This document shows positions 24,339 through 33,772 of a DNA stretch of 44,683 nt, one piece after another. The notes below the pieces were generated by a model that was not told the origin of the DNA, made no database searches, and saw only the letters and a list, made by a program, of their open reading frames with translations. Source of the DNA: Alphaproteobacteria bacterium MarineAlpha3_Bin7 (GTDB lineage Bacteria > Pseudomonadota > Alphaproteobacteria > Rhodospirillales > UBA2165); assembly GCA_002937995.1 (NCBI GenBank), contig PTLG01000002.1, positions 1 to 44,683 on the forward strand. Direction: 5' to 3'. The position numbers were made by a program, and so were the translations under genes. Within the stretch, counting starts at the first letter, position 1; every line of letters begins with the position of its first letter.

Positions 24339-25496
24339 ATGAATAGCCAACGACTCAAGTTTGGAGTATTTTTGGGCCCTCATCATCCTCTTAATGAGAA
24401 TCCAACTTTAGCTCTGGAGAGAGATCTGCAGTTAATTGAGCTCTTGGATCATCTTGATTTTGATGAGGCTTGGGTTGGAGAGCACCATTCTGGTGGTTTT
24501 GAAATAATCTCAGCACCAGAAATCTTTCTAGCGGCCGCTGCTGAGAGGACTAAGTACATCCGTCTGGGTACAGGCGTGAAGTCTCTTCCTTTCTATCACC
24601 CGTTTTTGGTCGCTGATGAATTAGTACAATTAGACCATATGACGCGCGGTAGGGTTATGTTTGGAGCTGGGCCAGGCGCTTTACCAACAGACGCTTATCA
24701 GATGGGTATAGACCCGAAGGATCAGCGTCGTATGATGGACGAGGCTTTGAATGCAATAGTACCTCTTATGAAAGGTGAGACAGTAAGTTTAGAAACAGAT
24801 TGGTTTACTTTAAAAAACGCTCGACTGCAGCTTAATAGTTACTCAAAACCAATGATGGAAATGGCGGTCACGAGTATAAAATCACCCGCTGGTGCAATTA
24901 GTGCGGGGAAGTTTGGGGCTGGTTTGTTGGTGTTAGGTGGAATGTCTGACGAAGCCCTAAAAATACAATGTTCTAATTGGGAGGTGTGCCAGGAAACGGC
25001 AAAATCAAATGATCAGATAGTCGGCAGAAATAAATGGAGAATCACTGTAATGACTCATTTGTCTGACTCGTTAGATCAAGCTAAGGATGACCTTAAGTTT
25101 GGATTACAAAAGTGGGTAGATTATTCGCATAATGTTTTACCCAATTCTCCTTTTCCTGCCTCTATTAAAGATCCAATAAATTATGGGATTAAAAATAAAA
25201 TTCTATTGGCAGGAACCCCCGAAGATGCAATTAGGGAAATAGAGAGGATAGATAAGATTACAGGTGGTTTTGGTGTCTTTCTGATGTTTGCCCACAATTT
25301 TGTTCCTTGGGACGCAGCAAAAAAGAGCTATGAGCTTATGGCAAGGCACGTAATTCCTTATTTTAGACAGTCAAATAGCCTTAGGCAGAAGAGTTATGAT
25401 GTTGCAAAAAATATTCATGAAAGGCTTCAAACGGATTTTAACGAGGCGGTGAAAGCAGCTGATGCTGACTACAAACAGCCAAATAAGAAAGATTAA
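24339..25496 (+). CDS. LLM-class (luciferase-like) flavin-dependent monooxygenase, LimB-like subgroup
   Basis: 385 aa. N-terminal LKFGVFLGPHH...FDEAWVGEHHSGG is typical of luciferase-like monooxygenases. Confidence 0.85.
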   Translation: MNSQRLKFGVFLGPHHPLNENPTLALERDLQLIELLDHLDFDEAWVGEHHSGGFEIISAPEIFLAAAAERTKYIRLGTGVKSLPFYHPFLVADELVQLDHMTRGRVMFGAGPGALPTDAYQMGIDPKDQRRMMDEALNAIVPLMKGETVSLETDWFTLKNARLQLNSYSKPMMEMAVTSIKSPAGAISAGKFGAGLLVLGGMSDEALKIQCSNWEVCQETAKSNDQIVGRNKWRITVMTHLSDSLDQAKDDLKFGLQKWVDYSHNVLPNSPFPASIKDPINYGIKNKILLAGTPEDAIREIERIDKITGGFGVFLMFAHNFVPWDAAKKSYELMARHVIPYFRQSNSLRQKSYDVAKNIHERLQTDFNEAVKAADADYKQPNKKD

Positions 25497-25509
25497 TTTT
25501 CAAACTGCA

Positions 25510-26409
25510 CTATTTTTGAGATTCAACAATTTTACGGAGCAAAAAATCGCGAAATACTGCTATCCGCGCAGATTGTTTCAGTTCTTCAGGATAAACAAAA
25601 TAAACGTGGGTGCCGGGATTTAGCATTTCGGGCAAGATCCTAACCAAGCTTGAACTATCCTCAATTAGGTATTCAGGCAGTGCTCCTATACCTACACCGC
25701 TTCTAACTGCACGAAATATACCATATATATTGTTAACCTTGAGGGTTGGATCTCTAGGGCGGCCGTTCTCTCTGCCAGCTTCCATTAAAAAATTCAAAGC
25801 CGGTAAAAGGTCGGTCTGATCGCCAACTTCCTGTCCAAATGTAACAATTTTATGTTTATCCAGGTCCTGTGCGGTTTGTGGCATACCGTGTATTTTAAGA
25901 TACTCAGGTGACGCATAAATTCCATATTCTATGTCCATCAGGTGACGTTGAATTAAATCTGGTTGTCTTGGGGCTGTTAGCCGGATTGCCACATCAGCTT
26001 CTCTCATAGATAAATCAAGGTCATCATAGACCAGAATAATATTCAGATCTATTTCAGGATATAATTCTACAAATTCTTTGATTCGTGGTGTGAGCCATAC
26101 TGATCCAAAGCCTATGGTTGTGGTGACTGTTAAAGGGCCTTGCGGTCGATCTTTACTATCAGATAGCTTGGCTTCGGTCATGATAAGTTGGTGGTATATT
26201 TCATGAGCTGTTTTGTATAGCTCCTCTCCTTGTTCTGTTAGGATTAAGCCCCTTGCGTGTCTGTGGAATAGAGTAAGATTAAGGCTTTGTTCAAGAGAGC
26301 TAACCTGGCGGCTAACAGCCGACTGACTCAGATTCAAAGACTCTCCAGCGTGGGTAAAACTTCCGGCTTCAGCAACAGCGTGAAATATTCTTAATTTGTC
26401 CCAGTCCAT
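25510..26409 (-). CDS. LysR-family transcriptional regulator
   Basis: N-terminal wHTH MDWDKLRIFHAVAEAGSFTHAGESLNLSQSAVSRQVSSLE followed by a LysR substrate-binding domain. Co-directional with trxB and 48 nt downstream of it. Confidence 0.92.
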   Translation of the reverse strand: MDWDKLRIFHAVAEAGSFTHAGESLNLSQSAVSRQVSSLEQSLNLTLFHRHARGLILTEQGEELYKTAHEIYHQLIMTEAKLSDSKDRPQGPLTVTTTIGFGSVWLTPRIKEFVELYPEIDLNIILVYDDLDLSMREADVAIRLTAPRQPDLIQRHLMDIEYGIYASPEYLKIHGMPQTAQDLDKHKIVTFGQEVGDQTDLLPALNFLMEAGRENGRPRDPTLKVNNIYGIFRAVRSGVGIGALPEYLIEDSSSLVRILPEMLNPGTHVYFVYPEELKQSARIAVFRDFLLRKIVESQK

Positions 26410-26457
26410 AGCTTTATTCCAAAAGGGTTTAAGATAATTAGAAAAACGAGTTTCTAA

Positions 26458-27399
26458 TTATACGCTTAAATACTTTTCTGCCTCTAGAGCAGCCATGCAT
26501 CCAGTGCCGGCGGCTGTAACAGCTTGACGGTAAATAGGGTCTTGAACATCACCCGCCGCATATACGCCTTCTATATTAGTAGCCGTGCTATCTGGCTTGG
26601 TAATAATATAACCTTCTTTATCCATGTTTAGCTGACCATTAAAAATACCGGTATTTGGAACGTGGCCTATAGCAACAAACACACCATCTGTTGGTATCTC
26701 GGAAGTTTTATTTTCCTTAAGATCTTCAACTTTCACACCGGTTAATTCCTTTAAAGTACCTTCCTCTTTACCCAAAATTTCTTTTACTACCGTATTCCAA
26801 ACTATTTCTATCTTTTTATTTTTCATAAGGCGATCTTGAAGCAATTTTTCTGCACGCAATGTATCCCGCCTATGAATTAAGGTTACCTTGTTTGCATGAT
26901 TAGTCAGGTATAGTGCTTCTTCTACTGCAGTATTGCCTCCACCTATTACAACTACATTTTTATCCCGAAAAAAGAAACCGTCACAAGTTGCGCATGCAGA
27001 AACACCAAATCCTTGGAATTTGTCTTCACTTTCTAGGCCCAGCCACTTAGCCTGAGCACCCGTACTTATTATCAAGGCGTCGCAGGTATATTTGTTGCCA
27101 GAATCACCAGTGAGCTCAAATGGTTTTGAAGATAGGCTGGCCTCTGTAATGATATCATTTATCATGTTGGTACCGACATTTTCCGCTTGCGCACTCATCT
27201 GTTCCATCAACCAGGGTCCCTGAATTACATCTGCAAATCCAGGGTAATTTTCTACATCAGTTGTTATTGTCATTTGTCCGCCTGGCTGAATTCCGTGGAT
27301 TAGAGTAGGTTTAAGGTTTGCTCGGGCTGTATAAATTGCAGCAGTAAGTCCTGCTGCTCCAGAACCTAGTATTAAGGTGGAACTATGAATATTACCCAT
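26458..27399 (-). CDS. trxB: Thioredoxin-disulfide reductase
   Basis: FAD motif LILGSGAAGLTAA, redox-active CATCDG, and NADPH motif VIGGGNTAVEEA. Confidence 0.96.
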   Translation of the reverse strand: MGNIHSSTLILGSGAAGLTAAIYTARANLKPTLIHGIQPGGQMTITTDVENYPGFADVIQGPWLMEQMSAQAENVGTNMINDIITEASLSSKPFELTGDSGNKYTCDALIISTGAQAKWLGLESEDKFQGFGVSACATCDGFFFRDKNVVVIGGGNTAVEEALYLTNHANKVTLIHRRDTLRAEKLLQDRLMKNKKIEIVWNTVVKEILGKEEGTLKELTGVKVEDLKENKTSEIPTDGVFVAIGHVPNTGIFNGQLNMDKEGYIITKPDSTATNIEGVYAAGDVQDPIYRQAVTAAGTGCMAALEAEKYLSV

Positions 27400-27654
27400 T
27401 TTTGCCCCTTGGCACTGTTATTACAATTAGTTGCATTAACCAAAAAACCCCGAGATTTAAACACTTTACCCTTAACTAAGTTCTTTAAATAATTAAATCA
27501 ACTAATGAAAGATAATATTATATATGAACTAATGTAATAGATAAAATAACTCGGAGCTTAACTTTGGAATATAGTTGTACTACGATTCACAGTATAAAAT
27601 CTACTTTAATAAGGGTTATTTTTTAAAAAAACGATAAGAATATTGCTAGGTTAC

Positions 27655-27681
27655 AAATCGAGTAATAATATTACTCGATTT
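27655..27681. promoter_or_regulatory. Perfect 13-1-13 palindrome, candidate Lrp-family operator
   Basis: AAATCGAGTAATA-A-TATTACTCGATTT. I verified base by base that the arms are exact reverse complements. It ends 28 nt upstream of the Lrp/AsnC gene start, within a 310-bp AT-rich divergent trxB/lrp intergenic region. Confidence 0.4.
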
Positions 27682-27709
27682 CTAGGATTAACTACTTGAA
27701 AATAAAACC

Positions 27710-28195
27710 ATGAGCCAGGTTAAGTTAGATGAAATTGATCTGCGAATACTTCGTGACCTTCAGGAAAACGGAAAAATTACGAATGTAGAGTTAGCACGAC
27801 GTGTTGGTATTTCAGCGCCCCCTTGTTTGAGGAGGGTCAGAGCACTGGAGGAGGCAGGTTTTATTACTGGCTATCACGCAGAAGTAGAGCCGGCTAAGTT
27901 AGGTTATAACGTCACCGTATTTGCCCAAGTTGGATTAGATAGTCAGTCTGAATCAGAACTTTCCGCTTTTGAAGAACTTGTGAGATCGTGGCCGGAGGTT
28001 CGGGACTGCCATATGCTAGCTGGCGAGGCAGATTTTATTCTTAGAATTGTTGCACAAGATTGGGAAACTTACCAAAAATTTGTGACAGAAAAACTTACAC
28101 CTGCACCAAATGTGGCAAACGTCAAATCCGCCCTGACGCTGAGGGCCTCCAAGCATGAGCCGGGAGTTCCGGTAAGGATAGATAAGGAATTATAA
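27710..28195 (+). CDS. Lrp/AsnC-family transcriptional regulator
   Basis: LDEIDLRILRDLQENGKITNVELARRVGISAPPCLRRVRALEEAGFI HTH followed by a RAM/AsnC_trans_reg domain. Confidence 0.93.
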   Translation: MSQVKLDEIDLRILRDLQENGKITNVELARRVGISAPPCLRRVRALEEAGFITGYHAEVEPAKLGYNVTVFAQVGLDSQSESELSAFEELVRSWPEVRDCHMLAGEADFILRIVAQDWETYQKFVTEKLTPAPNVANVKSALTLRASKHEPGVPVRIDKEL

Positions 28196-28200
28196 TCCAG

Positions 28201-29184
28201 CTATTTTGGTTGGGGGTTGCTAATTGATTTTTCGAAGGCCTGTAGGCGCTTAAACACGGAAATCAGCTCAACAATAGTAGACCAGGATCTAACCAAGTAT
28301 TGCAGCGAACTTTCAACTCTGCCAAAGACTCGTACGATTTGTTGAACGAAGCCTAATGTTACAACGCCGCTAACTATAGTAGGTGCCAAAGCTATATAGG
28401 GTACTATTACCATGCCCTGAAAATAACTCCATTTGCATGCGTTAAAGTATAAATAATGAAAGTAAGACTTATAGTGAATACGCTGAACCTGAAAATATAA
28501 ATCTTGGAGTAAACCAATTTCGGCTCTATCCCTGTTATCCTCTCCTAAGACCAACTCCTTTCGATATGCCGCCTCCTCTTTCTGTATATCAAACTCTATA
28601 CCTGGCAGTTTTATGCCAACAAGCGCTAGTAGCAATGTACCTCCTAAGGCTGCTAGTATTGCCACCCATACCAATCCGTGGCTTACCGGTCCTATCCATG
28701 GAAGTTCGTTAATTTGCTTGGAGAGGCCCCACAATAATGGCACGAAAGCGAATAGTGTCATTATTGAGTCCAACAGACCCACGCCAAGAGTTTCCATTAT
28801 CCGTGCAAATTTTAATGTATCTTCTTGCACTCTTTGTGCTGCCCCTTCGATGTGTTTTACTTTCCCCCAAAGCATTTGGTATCTATCGGTCATTGCGGTT
28901 CGCCATCTAAACACCCAGTGGGATACAAAAAAATTGGTAATTACCATTATCACTATCCATAGGCCCGCGATCTTTCCAAAAGTGAGCAGGTATAAAACAA
29001 ATTCGTCAAACGTAACGGAGTTAGGTTTTGTTAGGGCCTTTTGAAGAGTGTCGTAAAACAATCGAAACCACTCGGTGATCTCCACATCCAGTTGCACCTG
29101 GTACCAGGTGGATACCAATATAAATATCCCCCCAACCCAGGACCAGATCATCCACTTGGCACTAAGAAAGAAAGGAGAGAACAT
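28201..29184 (-). CDS. SbmA/BacA-like inner-membrane peptide transporter (short form, 327 aa)
   Basis: FRWRTAMTDRYQMLWGKVKHIEGAAQRVQEDTLKFA and KLPGIEFDIQKEEAAYRKELV closely match the SbmA/BacA core as I recall it (HIEGAAQRVQEDT is identical). Confidence 0.85.
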   Translation of the reverse strand: MFSPFFLSAKWMIWSWVGGIFILVSTWYQVQLDVEITEWFRLFYDTLQKALTKPNSVTFDEFVLYLLTFGKIAGLWIVIMVITNFFVSHWVFRWRTAMTDRYQMLWGKVKHIEGAAQRVQEDTLKFARIMETLGVGLLDSIMTLFAFVPLLWGLSKQINELPWIGPVSHGLVWVAILAALGGTLLLALVGIKLPGIEFDIQKEEAAYRKELVLGEDNRDRAEIGLLQDLYFQVQRIHYKSYFHYLYFNACKWSYFQGMVIVPYIALAPTIVSGVVTLGFVQQIVRVFGRVESSLQYLVRSWSTIVELISVFKRLQAFEKSISNPQPK

Positions 29185-29297
29185 TTATAAAACCTCTAGT
29201 GATAACAATACTAAATATAAATAGACCAGACAAAAACAATGTAAATACGAACTTTCAATTTAGTTTTTCTAGGGTATGCTGATCTACTTTATTTATT

Positions 29298-29903
29298 GTG
29301 GAGTTTAGAACTAAATTGGATGATAGCAACAATACAGATTCTATAGATAAAACTCACCGGCTAAAACTCTTTACTGAATATGGACCATTGGTTGTGTTTT
29401 TTGTTAGCTATTGGCTAGCCGGGCTATACGTTGCCACAGGTGCAATAGTTGTGGCTACAATAGTAGTTCTAGCGGTTTCCTATGTAATGGAAAAGAAGAT
29501 ACCAATATTACCATTATTTACAGGGGGCATCATATTGGTTTTCGGCGGGTTAACTCTGTGGTTAAAAGACGAAACTTTTATTAAAATGAAACCGACTATA
29601 ATTCAGCTAGCTTTTGGTGTTGTTCTTTTGGCTGGTCTTAAATTTAACCTTATTTTCTTGCAGAAGTTATTGGGTAAAGCCATCAACTTGCAGGAACATG
29701 GATGGAAATTGCTGACTATTAGAATTTCTATTTTCTTTTTCTTTTTGGCAGGTTTGAACGAGTTAGTGTGGCGCACCCAGTCCACAGATTTTTGGGTGAA
29801 CTTTAAAGTATTTGGAATTACAGGTTTAACAATTGTTTTTCTAGTTTTTCAAATGCAGTCACTAAAACGATATCTAGTACTGGATGGTAATAGTTCGAAT
29901 TAA
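29298..29903 (+). CDS. yciB: Septation protein A / inner membrane protein YciB family
   Basis: 201 aa with five hydrophobic helices. The N-terminal FTEYGPLVVFFVSYWL is typical of the IspZ/YciB family. The GTG start is uncertain. Confidence 0.75.
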   Translation: MEFRTKLDDSNNTDSIDKTHRLKLFTEYGPLVVFFVSYWLAGLYVATGAIVVATIVVLAVSYVMEKKIPILPLFTGGIILVFGGLTLWLKDETFIKMKPTIIQLAFGVVLLAGLKFNLIFLQKLLGKAINLQEHGWKLLTIRISIFFFFLAGLNELVWRTQSTDFWVNFKVFGITGLTIVFLVFQMQSLKRYLVLDGNSSN

Positions 29904-29920
29904 AGTTATTGTAGGTAGCT

Positions 29921-30247
29921 ATGATTTATGAATTAAGAATTTATGAGTGCTTTCCTGGTCGCTTGCCCAGTTTACTGGAGCGATTTGAGAATGTAACACT
30001 AGATTTGTGGAAAAAACATGGTATTGAACAAGTCGGCTTTTGGACTCCCACCGTTGGCCGGTCAAACAAAGAGTTAATATATATACTTAAGTGGGAGTCT
30101 CTTGCAGATAGAGAGCAAAAATGGAACGCATTTACTGCCGATCCCATATGGTTGGATAAGAGAACTGCGTCTGAGGCGGACGGGCCAATTGTTGCAACAA
30201 TTGAAAATTCATTTTTGCAGCCTACCCAATTTTCTTTATCTAAATAA
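29921..30247 (+). CDS. NIPSNAP family protein
   Basis: 108 aa with MIYELRIYECFPGRLPSLLERF...W, a dimeric alpha-beta-barrel NIPSNAP signature. Confidence 0.8.
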   Translation: MIYELRIYECFPGRLPSLLERFENVTLDLWKKHGIEQVGFWTPTVGRSNKELIYILKWESLADREQKWNAFTADPIWLDKRTASEADGPIVATIENSFLQPTQFSLSK

Positions 30248-30282
30248 ATAAGACAGTAAATTTTACAGAAGGGCTAGATAAT

Positions 30283-31155
30283 ATGGCTAACAGCAATCAG
30301 CAATCCAGAATAATAGCTGGTATTCTATTGATGATCTGTTGCATCACATTATTTTCAATAAAAGATGCTATAGCTAAGCACCTTAGTGATACCTATCCGG
30401 TCATAGAAATATTATTTTTTCAATATCTTGTGATGATGGTTATAGTTTTGCCGATCACAGTTTTTAAGGGTAATTGGAATTTTTATCAGCAACCAGATAA
30501 AATTTCTTTATTGTTCCGGGGTTTTTTGGGGGTATCAGCTGTCGGATTACTGTTTTACTCTTTTTCTATGATCCCTCTGGCGGATGCAACAGCACTTATT
30601 TTTGTTTCCCCAATCGTGGTTACTATACTTTCGCCATATTTTCTTGGAGAAAAAGTAGGATTAATAAGCTGGTTAACCACTTTGGTGGGATTTATAGGTG
30701 TGTTGTTAATTATTCAACCTGGTTTTGAAACATTTAATGTTGGGACGCTTGTAGCTCTTTTGTCGGGAATTTTGTTTGGTCTTTATGGCATAGCGACCAG
30801 AAAACTTACTTTTCAACATCGAACCGAAGTTATGATGCTTTACACTTCGCTAGTAGGGGTTTTTGCTGTAGGTGTGTTTTTGCCTTTTAATTGGGATATG
30901 CCTGTGGGTCTTGACTGGCTAGTTATTGTGCTAGTGGGGCTCATTAGCTCTTCGGGCCATGCACTGATGGTCCTGTCTTATGCGAATGCGCCGGCGACCA
31001 TAGTTACACCTTTTCTTTATACCTCTATTATTGTTGCTACAGCTCTCGGATATTATGTTTTTGGAGATTTTCCTAACTTGGTTGCTTGGATTGGTATCAT
31101 TATTATAATCGCAAGTGGAATTTATTTGGGCATAAGGGAGTCGTCAGCTCAATAA
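30283..31155 (+). CDS. DMT-superfamily (EamA-like) transporter
   Basis: 290 aa with ten hydrophobic helices and a duplicated EamA architecture. Confidence 0.85.
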   Translation: MANSNQQSRIIAGILLMICCITLFSIKDAIAKHLSDTYPVIEILFFQYLVMMVIVLPITVFKGNWNFYQQPDKISLLFRGFLGVSAVGLLFYSFSMIPLADATALIFVSPIVVTILSPYFLGEKVGLISWLTTLVGFIGVLLIIQPGFETFNVGTLVALLSGILFGLYGIATRKLTFQHRTEVMMLYTSLVGVFAVGVFLPFNWDMPVGLDWLVIVLVGLISSSGHALMVLSYANAPATIVTPFLYTSIIVATALGYYVFGDFPNLVAWIGIIIIIASGIYLGIRESSAQ

Positions 31156-31177
31156 TAATTGATTAATCTCTGGTTCT

Positions 31178-31648
31178 ATGGTTGTGAGGTCTTTAATGGA
31201 AAATAATGATAGTGAAAAAAATAAGAAAATTAAGATAAAGGGGCTCGATCATCTATCTGTTGCTGTGCCTGACATAGAAAAGGCTATAGATTTTTACCAA
31301 AACAGTTTTGGTTGTGAAGTAAGTAACACCAAGATTTTGGAAAACCAGGGGGTGAAAATAGCCTATGTTGACCTGGGTAACGTACAATTGGAATTGATGG
31401 AACCCTATGGAGAAACATCTCCTATCAAGAAATTTTTAGATCGGAATTCCTCAGGTGGCATTCACCACTTTTGTTTGAGAACCGAAGATTTTGAGAGAGC
31501 CCTGCAAACTACTAGACAAGAGGGCATGCAGGTTTTAGGTGATGGTTCAGCGTCAATTAGTCACCACGGTAAGAAGTTTTTTTTCATCCATCCTAAGGAT
31601 ACTTTTGGTTCATTAATTGAAATTGAAGAAGATCAAAACGACCACTAA
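31178..31648 (+). CDS. mce: Methylmalonyl-CoA epimerase-like VOC-family protein
   Basis: LDHLSVAVPDIEKAIDFYQNSFG...QLELMEP...SPIKKFL...GGIHHFCL...FIHPKDTFGSLIEIEE matches the MCE family pattern, including the metal-ligand His/Glu positions. The start may instead be the ATG at 31196. Confidence 0.75.
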   Translation: MVVRSLMENNDSEKNKKIKIKGLDHLSVAVPDIEKAIDFYQNSFGCEVSNTKILENQGVKIAYVDLGNVQLELMEPYGETSPIKKFLDRNSSGGIHHFCLRTEDFERALQTTRQEGMQVLGDGSASISHHGKKFFFIHPKDTFGSLIEIEEDQNDH

Positions 31649-31681
31649 ACATTATTTAAATTTCAGGAGGTTAGAGTATTC

Positions 31682-32548
31682 ATGAAAAATGTAGATTATA
31701 AAGAGATTTTGTTTGAAGTAAAAGACGATACGGCTTGGATAACAATTAACAGGCCAGAAGTTTTGAATGCATTTAGAGAGCAAACACTTGATGAATTGAT
31801 ACATGCCGTTAAGTCAACCAGAGAAGACTCCTCTCTAGTGGCGGCGGTAATTACGGGGGCTGGCGATAGAGCATTTTCATCGGGAGGTGATTTTCATGCC
31901 ATGATGAAACTAAATCGCGCTAATGCCCTACACTGGAATGATAGAATGCTGGGGTTAGCAATGGCAATACGGGGTGTCCCCATTCCAGTCATAGCGATGG
32001 TTCACGGGCACTGCATGGGGGGTGGTCACGAACTAGCCTTGTGGTGTGACTTGGTAATATCTGCCGATGACGGTGTGTTTGGACAGACCGGGGCACGGGT
32101 AGGCGCTTGTCCTACGGTAGGCGCAACCCAATATATACCGAGACTAATTGGCGATCGTTTGGCTAAGGAAATGATATTTCTCTGTCGTACATTTCCTGCG
32201 GAAGAGGCTGTGAGAATAGGGCTCATAAATCGTGTTGTCCCAAAGGCTGAATTGAGAAAAGAGACGGAAGAATGGTGTAAAAAAATAAAGGGGTATTCTG
32301 GCCAGACATTAAGGGCTACCAAAAAGTCACTAAATTTTGAGTCAGATGAGCTTTACGCTTCCTGGCAGCAGGGGATGGAGCTGTTAGCTGAAATTTGGGG
32401 TTCGGAAGAATCACTAGAAGGCATGAATGCATTTTTAGAGAAGCGAAGCCCGGATTTTCATAAATTCCGCCTTAAAAGGAAGGAGCAGGTCGATAAGTAT
32501 CTCGATGATCTAGCTAATGATAGAAACAAAGCAGTTCGGGAAAAATAA
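31682..32548 (+). CDS. Crotonase-superfamily enzyme, MenB/BadI-like subgroup
   Basis: ITINRPEVLNAF, GAGDRAFSSGGD, GGGHELALWCDL, FGQTGARVG...LINRVVP and the C-terminal EGMNAFLEKRSPDFHKF parallel E. coli MenB as I recall it (FGQTGPKVG..., EGRNAFNQKRQPDFSKF). Confidence 0.85.
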   Translation: MKNVDYKEILFEVKDDTAWITINRPEVLNAFREQTLDELIHAVKSTREDSSLVAAVITGAGDRAFSSGGDFHAMMKLNRANALHWNDRMLGLAMAIRGVPIPVIAMVHGHCMGGGHELALWCDLVISADDGVFGQTGARVGACPTVGATQYIPRLIGDRLAKEMIFLCRTFPAEEAVRIGLINRVVPKAELRKETEEWCKKIKGYSGQTLRATKKSLNFESDELYASWQQGMELLAEIWGSEESLEGMNAFLEKRSPDFHKFRLKRKEQVDKYLDDLANDRNKAVREK

Positions 32549-32552
32549 CGGT

Positions 32553-33764
32553 ATGGCGACGTCTGGGGCACTATCTGGACTTAGAGTAATTGATCTTACG
32601 CGGATTTTGGCTGGTCCATTTTGTACAATGAACCTGGGAGATATGGGTGCCGAAATCATAAAGATTGAAAATCCAAAGGGTGGTGACGATACTCGAGGTT
32701 GGGGTCCGCCATTTGCTGGAGAGGAGTCTGCCTATTACCTTGGGGTCAATCGAAACAAGAAAAGTGTTGCAATTAATCTCAAAGAGGAGCGCGGCCTGGA
32801 AATACTTGGGGATCTGGTATCAAAGTCAGATGTGCTAATCGAGAACTTTAAATCGGGGACCTTGGAAAAATGGGGATTTACACCTGAGTGGTTTAAGGCT
32901 AACGCTCCAAAAGTTGTCCACTGTTCAATAACTGGTTATGGGGATGACGGTCCTAAAGGTGGAATGCCAGGTTATGATTTTTTACTTCAAGCCGAGAGTG
33001 GGCTTATGAGTATTACGGGAGAAGAGAGAGGTGCACCGCAAAAACTAGGTGTAGCAATAGTTGACGTTTGTACAGGTCAATATGCTGCCATTTCTATTTT
33101 AGCAGCCCTAAGGTCTGTAACGGAGACAGGCAGGGGGCAAAGAGTAGATGTGTCTTTATTTAACACTAGTCTTACCATGCTTATTAATGTTGCTTCTAGT
33201 TACCTAATAAGTGGCACGTCCGCTAAACGTTTTGGTAATGGGCACCCTACTATAGTTCCTTATCGAGATTTCCCCTGTTCCGATGGAGACATTGCTATAG
33301 CGGTCGGTAATGATGGACAGTTCGAGAGACTGAGTAAAGTTTTAGGCCATCCTGGCTGGGCGCAGGATCCCAGGTTCATTAGAAATCAAGATAGAGTAAA
33401 CAACAGGGAAACCTGTGAAAAATTAATTAGAGATGTTCTGGTTAACAAAACCGTTAGCCATTGGATAAATGAATTTGAGGCAGAGGGAATTCCCTGCAGT
33501 AAAATAAATGCAGTTGAGGAGGCCTTGGAGAGCGAGCAGGCAAGTGCTAATAATATGGTTTTAAACCTTGATCATCCAACCGCAGGCAGTATTAAGATGA
33601 TGGGAATTCCTTATAATTTTTCAGAAACGCCCGCAGGTATAAGGGAACATCCGCCACTTTTGGGGGAGCACACCCATGAAGTTTTGGATGGAGTTTTAGG
33701 TATTGGGTCAGAAGACATACAAACTCTTGAGGATAATGGTGTTATAAATAAGAAATCTTTTTGA
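32553..33764 (+). CDS. CaiB/BaiF-family (class III) CoA-transferase
   Basis: LSGLRVIDLTRILAGPFCTMNLGDMGAEIIKIE, GDDTRGWGPP and a typical family III body. I chose ATG 32553, 4 nt after the crotonase stop; the track start at 32517 overlaps the upstream gene. Confidence 0.9.
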   Translation: MATSGALSGLRVIDLTRILAGPFCTMNLGDMGAEIIKIENPKGGDDTRGWGPPFAGEESAYYLGVNRNKKSVAINLKEERGLEILGDLVSKSDVLIENFKSGTLEKWGFTPEWFKANAPKVVHCSITGYGDDGPKGGMPGYDFLLQAESGLMSITGEERGAPQKLGVAIVDVCTGQYAAISILAALRSVTETGRGQRVDVSLFNTSLTMLINVASSYLISGTSAKRFGNGHPTIVPYRDFPCSDGDIAIAVGNDGQFERLSKVLGHPGWAQDPRFIRNQDRVNNRETCEKLIRDVLVNKTVSHWINEFEAEGIPCSKINAVEEALESEQASANNMVLNLDHPTAGSIKMMGIPYNFSETPAGIREHPPLLGEHTHEVLDGVLGIGSEDIQTLEDNGVINKKSF

Positions 33765-33772
33765 TGCAGTCG

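Noticed and set aside
27655-27681. The 27-bp palindrome considered as a dif (XerC/XerD) site
   Set aside because: dif sites are imperfect 11-6-11 elements with a conserved CATAAT...TATG-type core. This is a perfect palindrome with an odd-length centre and a different sequence. Its position right before an Lrp gene favours an operator.
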